Source: an uncultured virus (IMG/VR IMGVR_UViG_3300028048_000070) | Lineage: Duplodnaviria; Heunggongvirae; Uroviricota; Caudoviricetes | Reading direction: 5' to 3' (one strand) | Length of the DNA: 64,000 nucleotides | Virus record (IMG/VR): IMGVR_UViG_3300028048_000070 | Span: 62,001 to 126,000 of that record | Shown: piece by piece, positions 49,619-59,584 of the stretch | Layout: the number at the start of each line of letters is the position of its first letter | Position numbering within the stretch: position 1 is the stretch's first letter | Program-made: the position numbers and the translations under genes | Notes under the pieces: generated by a model | What the model was told of the DNA's origin: nothing | Database searches by the model: none | The model's input: only the letters and a program-made list of their open reading frames with translations

Positions 49619-50677
49619 ATGGAGAGAATAAAAATGTATAAACACTATAAAGGTGATTATTGGCTATCAGTCCTAATACCAGCACACAATTGTTCTGATA
49701 CTATTGAACGATTATTAGACTCTATAGTTATTCAAGATACAGATGATGTAGAAATAATTATCTGCGATGATCAATCTACTGATAATTTTATGGATAAGGT
49801 TTATCCTTATATGGAGAATCTCAAAATAAAATATTGTAAAACTAAACCAAGAGAGATTCACTGTCCTAGTAATACCAGATTTGATGGCTGGAAAATAGCT
49901 ACTGGAGAATGGATTACTTTTATCGATGATGATGATATGTTTGAGCCAGACGTATTTAAGAAAATTAAAGAATTGATTGAAGAGACTGGAGAACAAAAAT
50001 TAATATACACATCATTCAGGGATTATAATCCAATCATTGGTCAATATGGTTTAACTTTTGATGGTGGAACTTGGTTACATGGTAAATTTTATAATAGATA
50101 CTGGCTCATTGAGTCTAGTATAGATTTTGAAGAAAATCTATATACAAATGAAGATTTGCATTTCAATGGTCAAGTTATGGCAGAATTAGGTGGACAAAAT
50201 TCAGAATTAAGAAAGTTTGATGTATGTACTTATAAATGGAGCTATAATCCTAAATCTTTCACTAGATCGTTTGATACCAGTAAACATAGCTTACTAGAAA
50301 CTTGTTTTAAAGATTATGTCCATTCAGCTGTTGACCCCTGGTTTAATTGTTTTCATAAATATCCTGATAATTATCAAGAGTATTATGATCACATGATAAT
50401 GATGATACTATATATGTATTTTTATATTCAAGCCTTTAAATATTCTAAAGGTGAAGATGGAATAATAAAGTCTAATATAAATCTTATTATAGACACAATC
50501 AATAGAGTATGTAAAGAATTTGATAAAACTGTAGATGATATCTATAAAGATATTACAAATAATCCAGACTTTTTTGCTGAAATTAGAAAAGATGCTGAGA
50601 TTGGAAGTAATAAATTTATAGAAAGAGAAAGTTTCTATGATTTTCTTTATGATAATATAAAAATTTCAAATGAATAA
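49619..50677 (+). CDS. Glycosyltransferase family 2 (GT-A)
   Basis: SVLIPAHN, EIIICDDQSTD, ATGEWITFIDDDD, NEDLHF; GACA-N6-TA at 49581. Confidence 0.9.
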   Translation: MERIKMYKHYKGDYWLSVLIPAHNCSDTIERLLDSIVIQDTDDVEIIICDDQSTDNFMDKVYPYMENLKIKYCKTKPREIHCPSNTRFDGWKIATGEWITFIDDDDMFEPDVFKKIKELIEETGEQKLIYTSFRDYNPIIGQYGLTFDGGTWLHGKFYNRYWLIESSIDFEENLYTNEDLHFNGQVMAELGGQNSELRKFDVCTYKWSYNPKSFTRSFDTSKHSLLETCFKDYVHSAVDPWFNCFHKYPDNYQEYYDHMIMMILYMYFYIQAFKYSKGEDGIIKSNINLIIDTINRVCKEFDKTVDDIYKDITNNPDFFAEIRKDAEIGSNKFIERESFYDFLYDNIKISNE

Positions 50678-50750
50678 TTTATAGGCTGAAAAGATGTCTA
50701 TACAGCACCATACTTTCTTTTTGAAAAGAGATAAAAGGAGTGTAATATAG

Positions 50751-51002
50751 ATGAGTAATAATAAAAGAGGTGCAGCCATCGTCAAAAGAGATAGCACCGT
50801 AAATTGGTTAAAAGCCCAGAACTATATTCCTCCGATTGGTACAATTATTATTATGGAGAATGAAGATGGATCTCAAACTATAAGATTTGGTAATGGGATT
50901 GATAATCTACATAATTTGCCAGATCTTGTACAAGAAAATCATTCGGCATCCAAATATAAAACAAAGTATCATGAAGATAAAGAAATGTTAGAACTAATTT
51001 AA
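50751..51002 (+). CDS. Small fibre-related protein (Mtd/hyaluronidase N-terminal-like)
   Basis: KRDSTVNW...PPIGTI...IRFGNG...LP pattern. Confidence 0.55.
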   Translation: MSNNKRGAAIVKRDSTVNWLKAQNYIPPIGTIIIMENEDGSQTIRFGNGIDNLHNLPDLVQENHSASKYKTKYHEDKEMLELI

Positions 51003-51021
51003 ATCTTTTGGAGGAAATATT

Positions 51022-51195
51022 ATGGCAGACATTTCCAAACTTAAAGTAAACGATACAGTATATAATATTAAAGATCTCTCTGCTAGAGATAGTGCTTCTT
51101 CAGCACTTAAAAATGATGAAATTTATTCCTCTACTCAGCCTGCTAGTGGAACTCAAAATGTTGGAGCATTTTGGACAGAGATTATTACTAATTAA
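51022..51195 (+). CDS. 57-aa fibre-related protein (not in ORF track)
   Basis: GGAGG RBS; MADISKLKVNDTVYNIKDLSAR... similar to the N-terminus of 48132-49505. Confidence 0.7.
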   Translation: MADISKLKVNDTVYNIKDLSARDSASSALKNDEIYSSTQPASGTQNVGAFWTEIITN

Positions 51196-51251
51196 ACTTG
51201 ATAAATCAGCACATCTATAAATTGATAAATTATTTTAGGAGAAAATAAAAT

Positions 51252-52280
51252 ATGAAAAAACATAATCCTAATTCAAATTGGTTATCTATTATTATTCCTG
51301 CATATAATTGTAGGGATACTATAGCAAGACTACTTGATTCTATTCTTGATCAGCATGATGATGATCTTGAAATTATTATCTGTGATGATCATTCTACAGA
51401 TAATTTTATGGATAATGTAGTCCCTTATATTGATAAACTTAATATAAAATATTTTCAAACTATTCCTAGAGAGCTTCATTGTCCTGGTAATACTAGATTC
51501 GATGGTTGGCATCATGCAACTGGAGAATGGATTACTTTTATTGATAATGATGATATGTTTGAACCAGATGTGTTTAAAGATATCAAAAAAGGAATTGAAG
51601 ATAATAATGAAGAAAGATTTTTATATACACCTTTTAGAGACTATTTTGTTGAAACTGGTAATTATATGCAAATCTTTGATGGTATTACTTGGATGCATGG
51701 TAAATTTTATAATAGGCAATGGCTTATTGATGAAGGAATAGACTTTAAGGAAAATTTGTATACTCATGAAGACTTATACTTCAATAGTTTAGTTATTGCT
51801 ACTATGGTTGCTAAAGGATATGGATATACTAAATTAGAAAAATTCTATACTTATAAATGGGTTTATAGAGCAGATTCTATGAGTAGACGCTATGCTAGAG
51901 CTACAAATGGATTTATCGAAACCTATTTTAAAGATTATATATATGCTATTCTTGAACCTTGGTTAGGGGCATATCATAAATGCAATAATCTTAAAGATTA
52001 CTTCTTTCGGCAGTTAAGTTCTACTGTACTTTATTTGTATTTTTATTATCAAAGTTTTGTTTGGTCTAAAGGTGCAGATAATGTAAAAAAGGATAATATT
52101 AAAATTATTAAATATACAGTAAATAGAATATGTAAAGAATTTAATTGTACCAGACATGATATTTTAAATTTCTTATATTCTGATCCTATGTATTATAATA
52201 AAATTAAACATGAAGCTGAAATTGGTAATTGTGAATTTATTGAAGTGGTCAGTCTTGCAGACTTTATTAATTCTTTATAA
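51252..52280 (+). CDS. Glycosyltransferase family 2, paralog of 49619-50677
   Basis: SIIIPAYN, EIIICDDHSTD, ATGEWITFIDNDD, HEDLYF; aligns along its full length with the first GT. Confidence 0.9.
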   Translation: MKKHNPNSNWLSIIIPAYNCRDTIARLLDSILDQHDDDLEIIICDDHSTDNFMDNVVPYIDKLNIKYFQTIPRELHCPGNTRFDGWHHATGEWITFIDNDDMFEPDVFKDIKKGIEDNNEERFLYTPFRDYFVETGNYMQIFDGITWMHGKFYNRQWLIDEGIDFKENLYTHEDLYFNSLVIATMVAKGYGYTKLEKFYTYKWVYRADSMSRRYARATNGFIETYFKDYIYAILEPWLGAYHKCNNLKDYFFRQLSSTVLYLYFYYQSFVWSKGADNVKKDNIKIIKYTVNRICKEFNCTRHDILNFLYSDPMYYNKIKHEAEIGNCEFIEVVSLADFINSL

Positions 52281-52311
52281 AAAACTATAATTTGTGAAAG
52301 GAATTAATACG

Positions 52312-55300
52312 ATGGCTGATAACTTTGTTAAAACTAAACGACATGTTTTAACTGATGCTGGCTATAAGACCTTATCACAGTGGACTAATGCTAATTCTGT
52401 AGAAATGGATAATGGTAATTCTGTACAAACAGAAGTTACTAATCTTAAGAATACAGCTACCACTAGTGCTAATGGACTTATGTCTAGTGTAGATAAAAAG
52501 AAATTAGATACAATTGCTACCTCTGCTAATAATTATACTCATCCGACATATACCAGTTCTGCAAATGGGCTTAAAAAAATTACTGTAGATGGAACTGGTC
52601 ATGTAAGTAGTACTGTTGCTGTTGAAAAAACTGATATTACTAGTTTAGGTATTCCTGCACAGGATACTACTTATGCAGCTGCAACTACTAATACTAATGG
52701 TTTAATGACTAATGATCAGGTTATTAAACTCAATTCTATTGATACTTCTGCTAATAATTATACTCATCCTAGCTATACATCTGCAGCATCTGCATTAAGA
52801 AAGTTTACTGTAGATGGAACTGGACATGTATCTGCTACTGCAGCTGTTGCTAAAGCAGATATTACTGGACTTGGTATTCCGGGTAGTGATACTACATATG
52901 CTGCTGTTACTACTAATGCTAATGGTCTTATGACATCTACAGATAAAACTAAATTGGATGGTATAGCAGATAATGCTAATAATTATACTCATCCTACTTA
53001 TACTAGTGCTGCTAGTGCTCTTAGAAAGTTTACTGTAGATGGAACCGGTCATGTATCTGCTACTGCAGCTGTTGCAAAAACAGATATTACTGGACTTGGT
53101 ATTCCTGCACAAGATACTACATATGCAGCATTTACTTCTTCTGCAGATGGTTTAGTACCTGCAGCTAAGTCTGGTTCTACTAACTGGGCTACTTCTGCGT
53201 ATGTTCTTACTGGTGCAGGTTGGAAAGCTGGTACTAAGTATAATACTGATACTACATATGCAGCAGTATCTGGATCTGCTAATGGTCTTATGACATCTAC
53301 AGATAAGACTAAATTGGATGGTATAGCAGATAATGCTAATAATTATACTCATCCTACTTATACTAGTGCTGCTAGTGGAATGAAAAAATTTGCTGTAGAT
53401 GATACTGGACATGTATATGAAATAACTAATATTGAAAAAACAGATATTACTAGTTTAGGTATTCCTGCACAGGATACTACTTATGCAGCATTTACTAGTG
53501 CAGCTAATGGTCTAGTACCTGCTGCAAAGAATGGTACTACTAATTATGCTACTACTGGTTATGTATTAACTGGAGCTGGATGGCAAGCAGGTACTAAGTA
53601 TAATACTGATACTACTTATGCAGCAGTATCAGGATCTGCTAATGGTCTTATGACATCTACAGATAAGACTAAGTTAGATGGTATAGCAGATAATGCTAAT
53701 AACTATACTCATCCTAGCTATACTAGTATTGAATCTGGACTTTATAAAGTAGCAGTAGATGGAACTGGACATGTAAGTAGTGCTACTGCTATAGTTAAAG
53801 ATGATATTACATCATTGGGCATTTCTGCTACTGATACTACTTATGCAGCATTTACATCGGCCGATGCTGGTTTAGTACCTGCCGCTAAAAGTGGTACTAC
53901 TAATTATGCTACATCTGCATATGTTCTTACTGGAGCTGGATGGGCTGCTGGTACTAAGTATAATACTGATACTAATACTACTTATGCTGCTGTTACAGGA
54001 TCTGCAAATGGTCTTATGACCAGTACTGATAAGACTAAATTAGATTCTATTGATACTTCTGCTAATAATTATACTCATCCTACTTATACATCTGCAGCAT
54101 CTGCATTAAGAAAGTTTACTGTAGATGGAACTGGACATGTATCTGCTACTGCAGCAGTAGCTAAAGCTGATATTACTGAATTAGGAATACCAGCACAAGA
54201 TACTACTTATGCTGCATTTACTTCTTCTGCAGATGGTTTGGTTCCTGCAGCTAAAAATGGTACTACTAATTATGCTACTAGTGGCTATGTATTAACAGGT
54301 GCAGGTTGGAAAGCTGGTACTAAGTATAATACTGATAATAATACTACTTATGCTGCTGTCACTACTGCTGCAAATGGTCTTATGACTAGTACTGATAAAT
54401 CTAAGTTAGATGGTATTGCTGCAGGTGCTCAGGTTAATAGCATAACTGGTGTTAAAGGTAATGCTGAAACTAATTATAGAACTGGTAATGTGAATATTAC
54501 TCCTGCTAATATCGGTGCTATTCCTTCTAGCTATATTGGTGCTAATAATGGTGTAGCTCCATTAAATGCTTCTGGATTAATTGATTCTACTTATTTACCT
54601 GCTTATGTAGATGATGTTCTTGAATTCAATGGTACTGCTGCATTTCCAACTAGTGGTACTGCTGGAATTATTTATGTAGATACATCACAGCAGGAAAATA
54701 ATATTTATAGATGGTCTGGAACAACTTATGTTGTTTTAGCTAAAAATACTGATACAACTTATACACTTACTAAAACCGGTAATAATATTAAACTTACTGG
54801 TAGCAATGGCTATACTGGTGAAGTAACTGATACTACTTATGCTGCTGTTACTACTGGTACTAATGGTCTTATGACATCTACAGATAAGACTAAATTAGAT
54901 TCTATTGCTGCATCTGCTAATAACTATACTCATCCTACTTATACTAGTGCTGCATCTGCATTAAGAAAGTTTACTGTAGATGAAACCGGTCATGTATCTG
55001 CTACTGCAGCTGTTGCTAAAGCAGATATTACTGGACTTGGTATTCCTGCACAAGATACTACTTATGCAGCATTTACTTCTATAGCAAATGGTCTTGTTCC
55101 TGCTGCAAAGAATGGTACTACTAACTATGCTACTACTGGTTATGTATTAACTGGAGCTGGATGGCAAGCAGGTACTAAGTACAATGTAGATAATAATACT
55201 ACATATGCAGCTGTTACTACTGCTGTAAATGGTCTTATGACATCTACAGATAAGACTAAGTTAGATGGTATAGCAGATAATGCTAATAATTATACTCATC

Positions 55301-58014
55301 CTACTTATACATCTGCAGCATCTGGACTTTATAAAGTAGCAGTGGATGGAACTGGACATGTAAGTGGTGCTACTGCTGTTGAAAAAACTGATATTACTAA
55401 TTTAGGTATTCCGGCACAGGATACTACTTATGCAGCATTTACATCTGCAGCTAATGGGCTTGTTCCTGCTGCTAAAAATGGATCTACATCTTACTTAACT
55501 TCTGCATATGTATTAACTGGTGCAGGTTGGAAAGCTGGTACTAAGTATAATACTGATACTACTTATGCAGCAGTATCAGGATCTGCTAATGGTCTTATGA
55601 CATCTACTGATAAGACTAAGTTAGATTCTATTGATACTTCTGCTAATAACTATACTCATCCTACTTATACATCTGCTGCTAGTGCTCTTAGAAAGTTTAC
55701 TGTAGATGGTACTGGACATGTATCTGCTACTGCTGCTGTTGCAAAAGCAGATATTACTGGATTAGGTATTCCAGGTAGTGATACTACTTATGCTAATTTT
55801 GGTTCTGGATCTGCTGGTTTAGTACCTGCTCCTACTACAGACCAAGCTACTAGTGGATATGTTCTTACTGGTACAGGTTGGGCTGCTGGTACTAAGTATA
55901 ATACCGATACTACATATGCTACATTTACTAGTGCAGCTAATGGTTTAGTACCTGCAGCTAAGTCTGGATCTACCTCTTACTTAACTTCTGCGTATGTTCT
56001 TACTGGTGCAGGTTGGAAAGCAGGTACTAAGTATAATACAGATACTAATACTACTTATGCTGCTGTCACTACTGGTGCAGATGGATTAATGACCAGTACT
56101 GATAAATCTAAATTAGATGGTATAGCAGATAATGCTAATAATTATACTCATCCTAGCTATACATCTGCAGCATCTGGACTTTATAAAGTAGCAGTGGATG
56201 GAACTGGACATGTAAGTGGTGCTACTGCTATAGTTAAAGATGATATTACTGGATTAGGTATTCCTGCACAAGATACTACTTATGCTACATTTACTAGTGC
56301 AGCTAATGGTTTAGTACCTGCAGCTAAGTCTGGTACTACTAATTATGCTACATCTGCATATGTATTAACAGGTGCAGGTTGGAAAGCTGGTACTAAGTAT
56401 AATGTAGATAATAATACTACATATGCAGCTGTCACTACCGCTGCAGATGGTCTTATGACATCTACAGATAAGACTAAATTAGATGCAATAGCAGCTAGTG
56501 CTAATAACTATACTCATCCTACTTATACATCTGCAGCATCTGCATTAAGAAAGTTTACTGTAGATGGAACTGGACATGTATCTGCTACTGCTGCAGTAGC
56601 TAAAGCAGACATTACTGGACTTGGTATTCCGGGTAGTGATACTACTTATGCTAATTTTACATCTGCAGCTAGCGGACTTGTTCCTGCAGCTAAGAATGGT
56701 ACTACCAATTATGCTACATCTGCATATGTATTAACAGGTGCAGGTTGGGCTTCTGGTACTAAATATAATACTGATACTACATATGCTAATTTCGGTTCTG
56801 GATCTGCTGGTTTAGTACCTGCTCCTACTACAGACCAAGCTACTAGTGGATATGTATTAACAGGAGCTGGATGGCAAGCAGGTACTAAGTATAATACTGA
56901 TACTAATACTACTTATGCAACATTTACATCTGCAGCTAATGGTTTAGTTCCTGCAGCTAAATCTGGTACTACTAACTTAGCTACCACTGGTTATGTATTA
57001 ACAGGTGCAGGATGGCAAGCAGGTACTAAGTATAATGTAGATAATAATACTACTTATGCTGCTGTTACTACTGCTGCAAATGGTCTTATGACTAGTACTG
57101 ATAAATCTAAATTAGATGGTATAGCAGATAATGCTAATAATTATACTCATCCTACTTATACATCTGCAGCATCTGGACTTTATAAAGTAGCAGTGGATGG
57201 AACTGGACATGTAAGTGGTGCTACTGCTGTATCTCAGAGTGATATTACTGGATTAGGTATTGCTTCCAATTCCACATTTACATCTGCAGCTAATGGTCTT
57301 GTTCCTGCTGCTAAGTCTGGTACTACCAATTATGCTACTACAGGTTATGTATTAACTGGAGCTGGTTGGGCTGCTGGTACTAAGTATAATACTGATAATA
57401 ATACTACTTATGCTACATTTACTTCTGCAGCTAATGGTTTAGTACCTGCTGCAAAAAATGGATCTACTTCTTACTTAACTTCTGCATATGTATTAACTGG
57501 AGCTGGTTGGCAATCTGGTACTAAGTATAATACTGATACTACTTATGCTAATTTCGGTTCTGGATCTGCTGGTTTAGTACCTGCTCCTACTACAGACCAA
57601 GCTACTAGTGGATATGTTCTTACTGGTACAGGTTGGGCTGCTGGAGCCAAGTATAATACTGATACTACTTATGCTAATTTCGGTTCTGGATCTGCTGGTT
57701 TAGTACCTGCTCCTACTACAACCCAGGCTACTAGTGGTTATGTATTAACGGGTACAGGTTGGGCTGCTGGAGCCAAGTATAATACTGATACTACTTATGC
57801 AACATTTACATCTGCAGCTAATGGTTTAGTACCTGCAGCTAAGTCTGGTACTACTAGCTGGGCTACTACTGGTTATGTATTAACTGGAGCTGGATGGCAA
57901 GCAGGTACTAAGTATAATACTGATACTAATACTACTTATGCTGCTGCTACTACTGCTGCTGCTGGACTTACTAAAGCTTCATATGTTGATGGAACTACAC
58001 TTTATGTATTCTAA
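52312..58014 (+). CDS. Giant Thr/Ala/Ser/Gly-rich repetitive fibre protein (~1900 aa)
   Basis: AAGGA RBS before ATG 52312. NGLMTSTDKTKLD, ANNYTHP and GVAPLNASGLI...LPAYVDDVLE motifs are typical of phage fibres. Confidence 0.8.
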   Translation: MADNFVKTKRHVLTDAGYKTLSQWTNANSVEMDNGNSVQTEVTNLKNTATTSANGLMSSVDKKKLDTIATSANNYTHPTYTSSANGLKKITVDGTGHVSSTVAVEKTDITSLGIPAQDTTYAAATTNTNGLMTNDQVIKLNSIDTSANNYTHPSYTSAASALRKFTVDGTGHVSATAAVAKADITGLGIPGSDTTYAAVTTNANGLMTSTDKTKLDGIADNANNYTHPTYTSAASALRKFTVDGTGHVSATAAVAKTDITGLGIPAQDTTYAAFTSSADGLVPAAKSGSTNWATSAYVLTGAGWKAGTKYNTDTTYAAVSGSANGLMTSTDKTKLDGIADNANNYTHPTYTSAASGMKKFAVDDTGHVYEITNIEKTDITSLGIPAQDTTYAAFTSAANGLVPAAKNGTTNYATTGYVLTGAGWQAGTKYNTDTTYAAVSGSANGLMTSTDKTKLDGIADNANNYTHPSYTSIESGLYKVAVDGTGHVSSATAIVKDDITSLGISATDTTYAAFTSADAGLVPAAKSGTTNYATSAYVLTGAGWAAGTKYNTDTNTTYAAVTGSANGLMTSTDKTKLDSIDTSANNYTHPTYTSAASALRKFTVDGTGHVSATAAVAKADITELGIPAQDTTYAAFTSSADGLVPAAKNGTTNYATSGYVLTGAGWKAGTKYNTDNNTTYAAVTTAANGLMTSTDKSKLDGIAAGAQVNSITGVKGNAETNYRTGNVNITPANIGAIPSSYIGANNGVAPLNASGLIDSTYLPAYVDDVLEFNGTAAFPTSGTAGIIYVDTSQQENNIYRWSGTTYVVLAKNTDTTYTLTKTGNNIKLTGSNGYTGEVTDTTYAAVTTGTNGLMTSTDKTKLDSIAASANNYTHPTYTSAASALRKFTVDETGHVSATAAVAKADITGLGIPAQDTTYAAFTSIANGLVPAAKNGTTNYATTGYVLTGAGWQAGTKYNVDNNTTYAAVTTAVNGLMTSTDKTKLDGIADNANNYTHPTYTSAASGLYKVAVDGTGHVSGATAVEKTDITNLGIPAQDTTYAAFTSAANGLVPAAKNGSTSYLTSAYVLTGAGWKAGTKYNTDTTYAAVSGSANGLMTSTDKTKLDSIDTSANNYTHPTYTSAASALRKFTVDGTGHVSATAAVAKADITGLGIPGSDTTYANFGSGSAGLVPAPTTDQATSGYVLTGTGWAAGTKYNTDTTYATFTSAANGLVPAAKSGSTSYLTSAYVLTGAGWKAGTKYNTDTNTTYAAVTTGADGLMTSTDKSKLDGIADNANNYTHPSYTSAASGLYKVAVDGTGHVSGATAIVKDDITGLGIPAQDTTYATFTSAANGLVPAAKSGTTNYATSAYVLTGAGWKAGTKYNVDNNTTYAAVTTAADGLMTSTDKTKLDAIAASANNYTHPTYTSAASALRKFTVDGTGHVSATAAVAKADITGLGIPGSDTTYANFTSAASGLVPAAKNGTTNYATSAYVLTGAGWASGTKYNTDTTYANFGSGSAGLVPAPTTDQATSGYVLTGAGWQAGTKYNTDTNTTYATFTSAANGLVPAAKSGTTNLATTGYVLTGAGWQAGTKYNVDNNTTYAAVTTAANGLMTSTDKSKLDGIADNANNYTHPTYTSAASGLYKVAVDGTGHVSGATAVSQSDITGLGIASNSTFTSAANGLVPAAKSGTTNYATTGYVLTGAGWAAGTKYNTDNNTTYATFTSAANGLVPAAKNGSTSYLTSAYVLTGAGWQSGTKYNTDTTYANFGSGSAGLVPAPTTDQATSGYVLTGTGWAAGAKYNTDTTYANFGSGSAGLVPAPTTTQATSGYVLTGTGWAAGAKYNTDTTYATFTSAANGLVPAAKSGTTSWATTGYVLTGAGWQAGTKYNTDTNTTYAAATTAAAGLTKASYVDGTTLYVF
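52460..57960 (+). repeat. Mosaic array of three repeat modules joined at (D/N)TTYA
   Basis: A: ...ANGLMTSTDKTKLD...ANNYTHP...GLGIPAQ (~75 aa); B: FTSAANGLVPAAK...GW.AGTKYNT (~45 aa); C: NFGSGSAGLVPAPTTDQ...GW.AG.KYNT (~42 aa). Confidence 0.9.
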
Positions 58015-58057
58015 TTATTTTTAAATTTCATAGCATTATTTTTAACTAAATATATTA

Positions 58058-58082
58058 GAGAGGAGGAAATTACTCCTCCTCT
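58058..58082 (+). terminator. Intrinsic terminator
   Basis: agaggagga-aatta-ctcctcctct inverted repeat followed by a T-rich tract. Confidence 0.65.
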
Positions 58083-58135
58083 CCTTTATTTAGAAAACTT
58101 TAAATTAATAATGTTATGAAAGGATAGTCAGATAA

Positions 58136-58663
58136 ATGGGACTCATAACTACAGATGATCAATACTACTCTGATATTGCTGATGCTATTAGAGAAGTTAA
58201 TAATGATAATGAAACTACATATACTCCCTCTTTAATGGCAGGTGCTATAAGAAATTTAGGATCTGTTAAGGGGGTTAAAGGTGATACTGAAGAAGATTAT
58301 AGAACTGGTTATGTAAATATTACAGCTACTGATATTGGAGCTCTTCCATCTACTGCTGTTGCAACTTCTGCTGAAAAAGATTCATCTGGTAATATTATTT
58401 CTACTTATTATGAACCTAAAACTAATGTTACATCAAAAGGTGATGCTACATTACCTGTTTATTTTGATGCAAATGGAGTAGCTATTCCTATTTCATCTTA
58501 TGGAGGAAATTCTGCAACAGCAGATAAGTTACATTCTGCTGTTAGTATAACAGTAGGTGGAGCTACTAAATCAATAGATGGTTCACAGAATGTAGAATTT
58601 AAAAAATCTGAAATTGGATATATTACAGCTGAAGTTGATGGGGAAACATTAGTATTAAAATAA
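58136..58663 (+). CDS. Short fibre-related protein
   Basis: VKGDTEEDYRTGYVNITATDIGALPS matches VKGNAETNYRTGNVNITPANIGAIPS in the giant fibre; GNSATADKL motif. Confidence 0.7.
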   Translation: MGLITTDDQYYSDIADAIREVNNDNETTYTPSLMAGAIRNLGSVKGVKGDTEEDYRTGYVNITATDIGALPSTAVATSAEKDSSGNIISTYYEPKTNVTSKGDATLPVYFDANGVAIPISSYGGNSATADKLHSAVSITVGGATKSIDGSQNVEFKKSEIGYITAEVDGETLVLK

Positions 58664-58723
58664 GTTTATTTTTATAAATTATAACTCCATAATAATACCT
58701 ATATTTGGAGGTAGTATTTTGGT

Positions 58724-59500
58724 ATGATTGAATTTAAATATTTAGATATACCACCTTTTAGTAAAAGAGAAGGGGACGCTCTTTTATTTAATGAGGATGG
58801 CTATCTTGAATATTATATACCAGAAGAATATTTTGAGGGTGGTAAATCTACATCAGCAAGCATTCAAGGTTCTTATATAGAACTCTTTGGATCTTTCTGT
58901 TATAGAATCTACTCTAAAAATGGTACTCCTGGAAAACTAATGTCTTTTTCTTTTCCTACTAAGTTTATTTGTAAACCTAGATCCATAGAAAAGAAAAAAG
59001 ATATTGCTCTAGAAGAACATTTAGATGCTTCTAATTATAGGATTTTAAGATTTGAGAAAGGTGATCAACTCATTACAAGATGTCATACAGAACAGAATAT
59101 AGATAATGTATCTGAATTATTTAGATTACATATTCAAACGGGTAGAATTCCAAATAATCTTGACTATTCTTCTCTTTATAAATTTCCTTTTGAAAGTATG
59201 GAGTTAAACTCTAAAGGATATTCTGTTCATGCTCAAGCAATGGGTTTAATCTATTCAAAAATCTGTAGAGATCCTGAAGATATATCTAAACCTTTTAGAA
59301 TGTCTAAGACAATTGATAAACAAATGCATGGTTTTAAATCTATTTCTATTAAAGATGCAGCTAAATATGTATCTCCATTTGTTTCTCTTACATCTGAGAA
59401 TTTGGATGAATCTATAATGTCTGCTGTTTTATTATCTGAAGATGAGAAGAATGGTAAGAGACATAAAGAAAGTCCATTAGAGAGAGTTCTTATGATGTAA
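58724..59500 (+). CDS. Probable RNA polymerase beta'-like C-terminal fragment
   Basis: LIYSKICRD...SISIKDAAKYVSPFVSLTSENLDESIMSAV...SPLERVL resembles the RpoC C-terminal GITKASL..ESFISAASFQ...L..AA...LKENV region. Confidence 0.6.
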   Translation: MIEFKYLDIPPFSKREGDALLFNEDGYLEYYIPEEYFEGGKSTSASIQGSYIELFGSFCYRIYSKNGTPGKLMSFSFPTKFICKPRSIEKKKDIALEEHLDASNYRILRFEKGDQLITRCHTEQNIDNVSELFRLHIQTGRIPNNLDYSSLYKFPFESMELNSKGYSVHAQAMGLIYSKICRDPEDISKPFRMSKTIDKQMHGFKSISIKDAAKYVSPFVSLTSENLDESIMSAVLLSEDEKNGKRHKESPLERVLMM

Positions 59501-59584
59501 TTAAATATATACGAGAAAAGAAAAAATAAAATATTATTAATATTATTGATAAATGATTTCTATACTTAAAGGAGGATACAGCTT

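Noticed and set aside
52460..57960. Diversity-generating retroelement acting on the fibre
   Set aside because: No reverse transcriptase in the window and no non-coding template repeat; differences between repeats are mostly synonymous, not adenine-specific
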